A DNA stretch of 64,000 bases from Dicyema japonicum (Eukaryota > Animalia > Dicyemida), in the NCBI GenBank assembly GCA_011109175.1, contig RDEW01000027.1, positions 515,399 to 579,398 of the forward strand, read 5' to 3'. Under the pieces are notes generated by a model. The model was not told where the DNA came from, made no database searches, and saw only the letters and a list, made by a program, of their open reading frames with translations. The position numbers and the translations under genes were made by a program. Shown here piece after piece: positions 61,293 through 64,000 of this stretch (its first letter is position 1; every line of letters begins with the position of its first letter).

Positions 61293-62699
61293 GTCTCCAG
61301 ATAAATTGTTCATGAACTATTTGTGATTAATTTGGGAATTTGAAAAAAAAATTTATAAAAACCATTAAAGTAAAAAAATTATTTTTGTCAAAATAATGTT
61401 TGAACCCGAGCTGTCTTATTTTTTTAAATCTCACTTTGAGTGTATCTTCTATGTTATGTTATCCAATTAAGTCGTGTCCGACCCTTCGAGATCTCATAAA
61501 CAAGTTTCCTACACTCTCCCCGATCTGCCGCAAATCATTTTAAATCAGCTTTGATTTTATTTGTTGTTCAATCAGATACAATGCATTTGAAATCTCACTT
61601 TTGTTTCCGGTTCTAGTACCTCCATCAATTATTTCGTCTTCATCAATGGTTTTGTCTTTTTCAATTCCTTCCATTCAAAAGATTAGTATCAATTCCAGGA
61701 AATTTTAACGATTTGCATGTCTTTGTTGAAGGAATATAATTTTTATATGTTTTTAATATGGACTCTCGGGAATTAAGAATATTATTCTGTTTTTCTTGAA
61801 ATTCGAATATTTAATAAGCAGAAAATCTGTGAGCGATTGTTTGACGTGATTTAGCACTATTCTATAGTCTTCTATTTCAAAATTCAAGTTTTTGGAAATA
61901 ATTAAACCTTATATAATTACAAAGAGAAGCTTTTATTTATTTAAACACCCTAAGACCAAAGTCAAAAATCGAAAATAACTATCATGTGATCCCGATATGT
62001 TCAAAATCCTCATCTTTGCCCGATGTTCCTCTCTCAGTTCCCACACGTGTATGTATCAGGCGGTGCCTTGAATCATCTCGGAATCTGCCGCATGATGGCT
62101 TCCAGAAGAGTCGGTCCGGATCCATGTTTTCCACGAGTCCATCGCTCCGTAATTCTGAACGCCCTTTTCTGCATTTTCTCCACTTTTCTTTTATTTGCAT
62201 ATGAGATGGAGAGTTCACACGAAACACATGCATATTTTTTTACCCCAAGATCACCGGAGATGCATATGAGATACATGACTCGATGTACTGCTTGCATATG
62301 TTTTTCAGTACCTTCTATCTTCCAGATAAGATCTCTAGAATATTAATTTCCCTTTCAAATTTTTTATTTTATATATGGGGTGATGAAAAAAGGTGCATAT
62401 CAAATGTCACTCTCAATATCTGTTGAAAGGCAACGAAAAGCTATCGAACACATGGTAAAATTAAAAACGAAACTTATTAACAAATGATCCAGATGCATTC
62501 CAACAGCGACCTCGTCTTTAAATAGTCTTAATAGATTTGTCAGACCACTTTATAATATGTCTGCAAATGAAGTTTGTGAAAACTTAAGATCTTTCTTTTT
62601 TTGTTCGACTCCGGAGAAAATGGAAAATTTAGAGAATTGTTTGAAATTGCTAGATAAAAGATTCCAAGGGGAAATATGGTATGTAGGAATGTTAAGACT

Positions 62700-62895
62700 T
62701 AAGAATAGTAAATTTCTGACTCAAGACGGTCTCTTTTCAAAGATCGCTTGGGTCCATGATCTCTAAAGCTAGCAACAAGCGGCGAAAAACGGAATGGTTG
62801 TTCCAAAGGATTTCTCTGGCAGATGTAAGGGGGAACGCCATTCCATTATATCTGCTGGATTATTTTGATTGTCTTGTTTTTGTAATAAATTGTTT
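62700..62895 (+). mobile_element. CRE-like 3' fragment
   Basis: SLGSMISKAS..RRKTEWLFQRISL..VRGNA and 3' end tttgattg..tgtaataaatt shared with the 6340-6870 element. Confidence 0.7.
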
Positions 62896-63114
62896 TATTA
62901 TGTTAATTTTATAAAATTGTTCATTTAACTTGCTAAAATTAGTTAAAGGTTCAAGGATAGAAAACCACAAAAAATGTAACCAATTGCTCATGCGTTTGGG
63001 GTGGGCCATTTGACATATTGGTCTTATGCGCCAGATCCTACCCTACATTAAAGTATATCACGCTGAACCAGTGGCATGCACGGCTCGGGAAGATTGGGCT
63101 AGTCTAAGTGTGGG

Positions 63115-63348
63115 ATTCACAATGAACGCTAATAATCAACGATACGGGATAAACTTTAATGCTCAATGACTATTCAATGACTATTCACAATGAACGCTAA
63201 TAATCAACGATACGGGATAAACTTTAATGCTCAATGACTATTCAATGACTATTCACAATGAACGCTAATAATCAACGATACGGGATAAACTTTTAATGCT
63301 CAATGACTATTCACAATGAACGCTAATAATGACTATTCAATGACTATT
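63115..63348. repeat. Tandem repeat, 68-bp unit, about 3.3 copies
   Basis: tcacaatgaacgctaataatcaacgatacgggataaact recurs at 63117, 63185 and 63253, with a partial unit at 63311. Confidence 0.9.
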
Positions 63349-63349
63349 G

Positions 63350-63560
63350 ATGAGATAAAACCTAAACTTGACCAGCATAGAATGACACGTCTAGCTCCTG
63401 TCTCGACGAAAGAAAGTGGTTCATGGTTCAGAGCCTTCCCATGCACATCACTTGAAACACTATTGGATGACAACTCACAAAAATTGAAATTTCAGTCTAC
63501 CTCTGAATGGATGTTTGCGTGACCTATCGCCGTAGATTTGAAGAACGCTCAACAATAAAT
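63350..63560 (+). mobile_element. Degenerate CRE-like fragment (RT to zinc-knuckle linker)
   Basis: RLAPVSTKESGSWFRAFPCTSLETLLDDNS (cf. GAWLNAIPC..LLNDDS at about 54940 and LDDDSLR at 1149). Confidence 0.6.
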
Positions 63561-64000
63561 CGGAGAAGTGATGGAAAAAGTAAAAGATACATTGCAATGA
63601 AGGATTTATCGCATTGGGACTAGAAGCGGCATGATTCCCTGTTCAGTTGGTGGCTCTCGGACTGGTCTCAGGCAACAAAAACTGACGAGACAACTCTCTA
63701 TGGGAAAGTGGTAGATGCTCCAAATGTGTGGATAGCATTTCTCAGACCCTAAAAAGTGAATAAATACGAATATCTCGGTGTCAGTTATTTTTAAAACGTC
63801 TTGGCTTTTGAGTGTAGCATGTCAACTTAGTCTCTTAGACAAAGACAGAGTTCTTGCTTATCAAGTTCTCTTGACATCAATTACATAGAAAATTAATTCA
63901 CTTTTTTAATATAGAAATTTTGGCTTTCTAATTTCCAATAGGTTTTAAGTCTAAATTCGATTCAACATTTTTGAGACTCACAAAAGTTTCAATCTTTAAA

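Noticed and set aside
62400-62490. hAT C-terminal dimerisation domain remnant (SVER...KLKTKL)
   Set aside because: Match is too short and degenerate to call.

Overview
AT-rich eukaryotic genomic DNA in the standard genetic code, almost certainly from an animal (animal-type phosphomevalonate kinase, GM130, RanGAP1, NDUFB4, Gemin6, probable EMRE). Read by hand, the host genes are split by about 40 GT-AG introns of only about 18-26 nt. This best fits a dicyemid mesozoan or a similarly reduced parasite, which is inference rather than proof. Recognisable host genes: SMPDL3-like phosphodiesterase, GM130/GOLGA2, Gemin6, a minimal EMRE/SMDT1, class I aldolase, RanGAP1, NDUFB4, pyridoxal kinase and PMVK. 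They sit as small islands among retroelements. The retroelements include two apparently identical young RTE-clade LINE copies with target-site duplications (TSDs), many older RTE and I/Jockey-group remnants, and about 11 dispersed CRE-like (restriction-like endonuclease) fragments, one of them a twin-primed inversion with a 13-bp TSD. Also present are a two-copy non-autonomous element made of only the two ends of an RTE ORF, a tRNA-headed SINE family with swapped tails, a second SINE-like family with a covarying 5' hairpin, and a foldback/MULE-like element with an 11-bp TSD. Most host genes need single-base indels in short homopolymers to restore the frame; these are most likely assembly errors. 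No rRNA, bona fide tRNA or CRISPR array was seen. All calls come from manual reading and remembered family motifs, with no database search; boundaries of degenerate elements are approximate.
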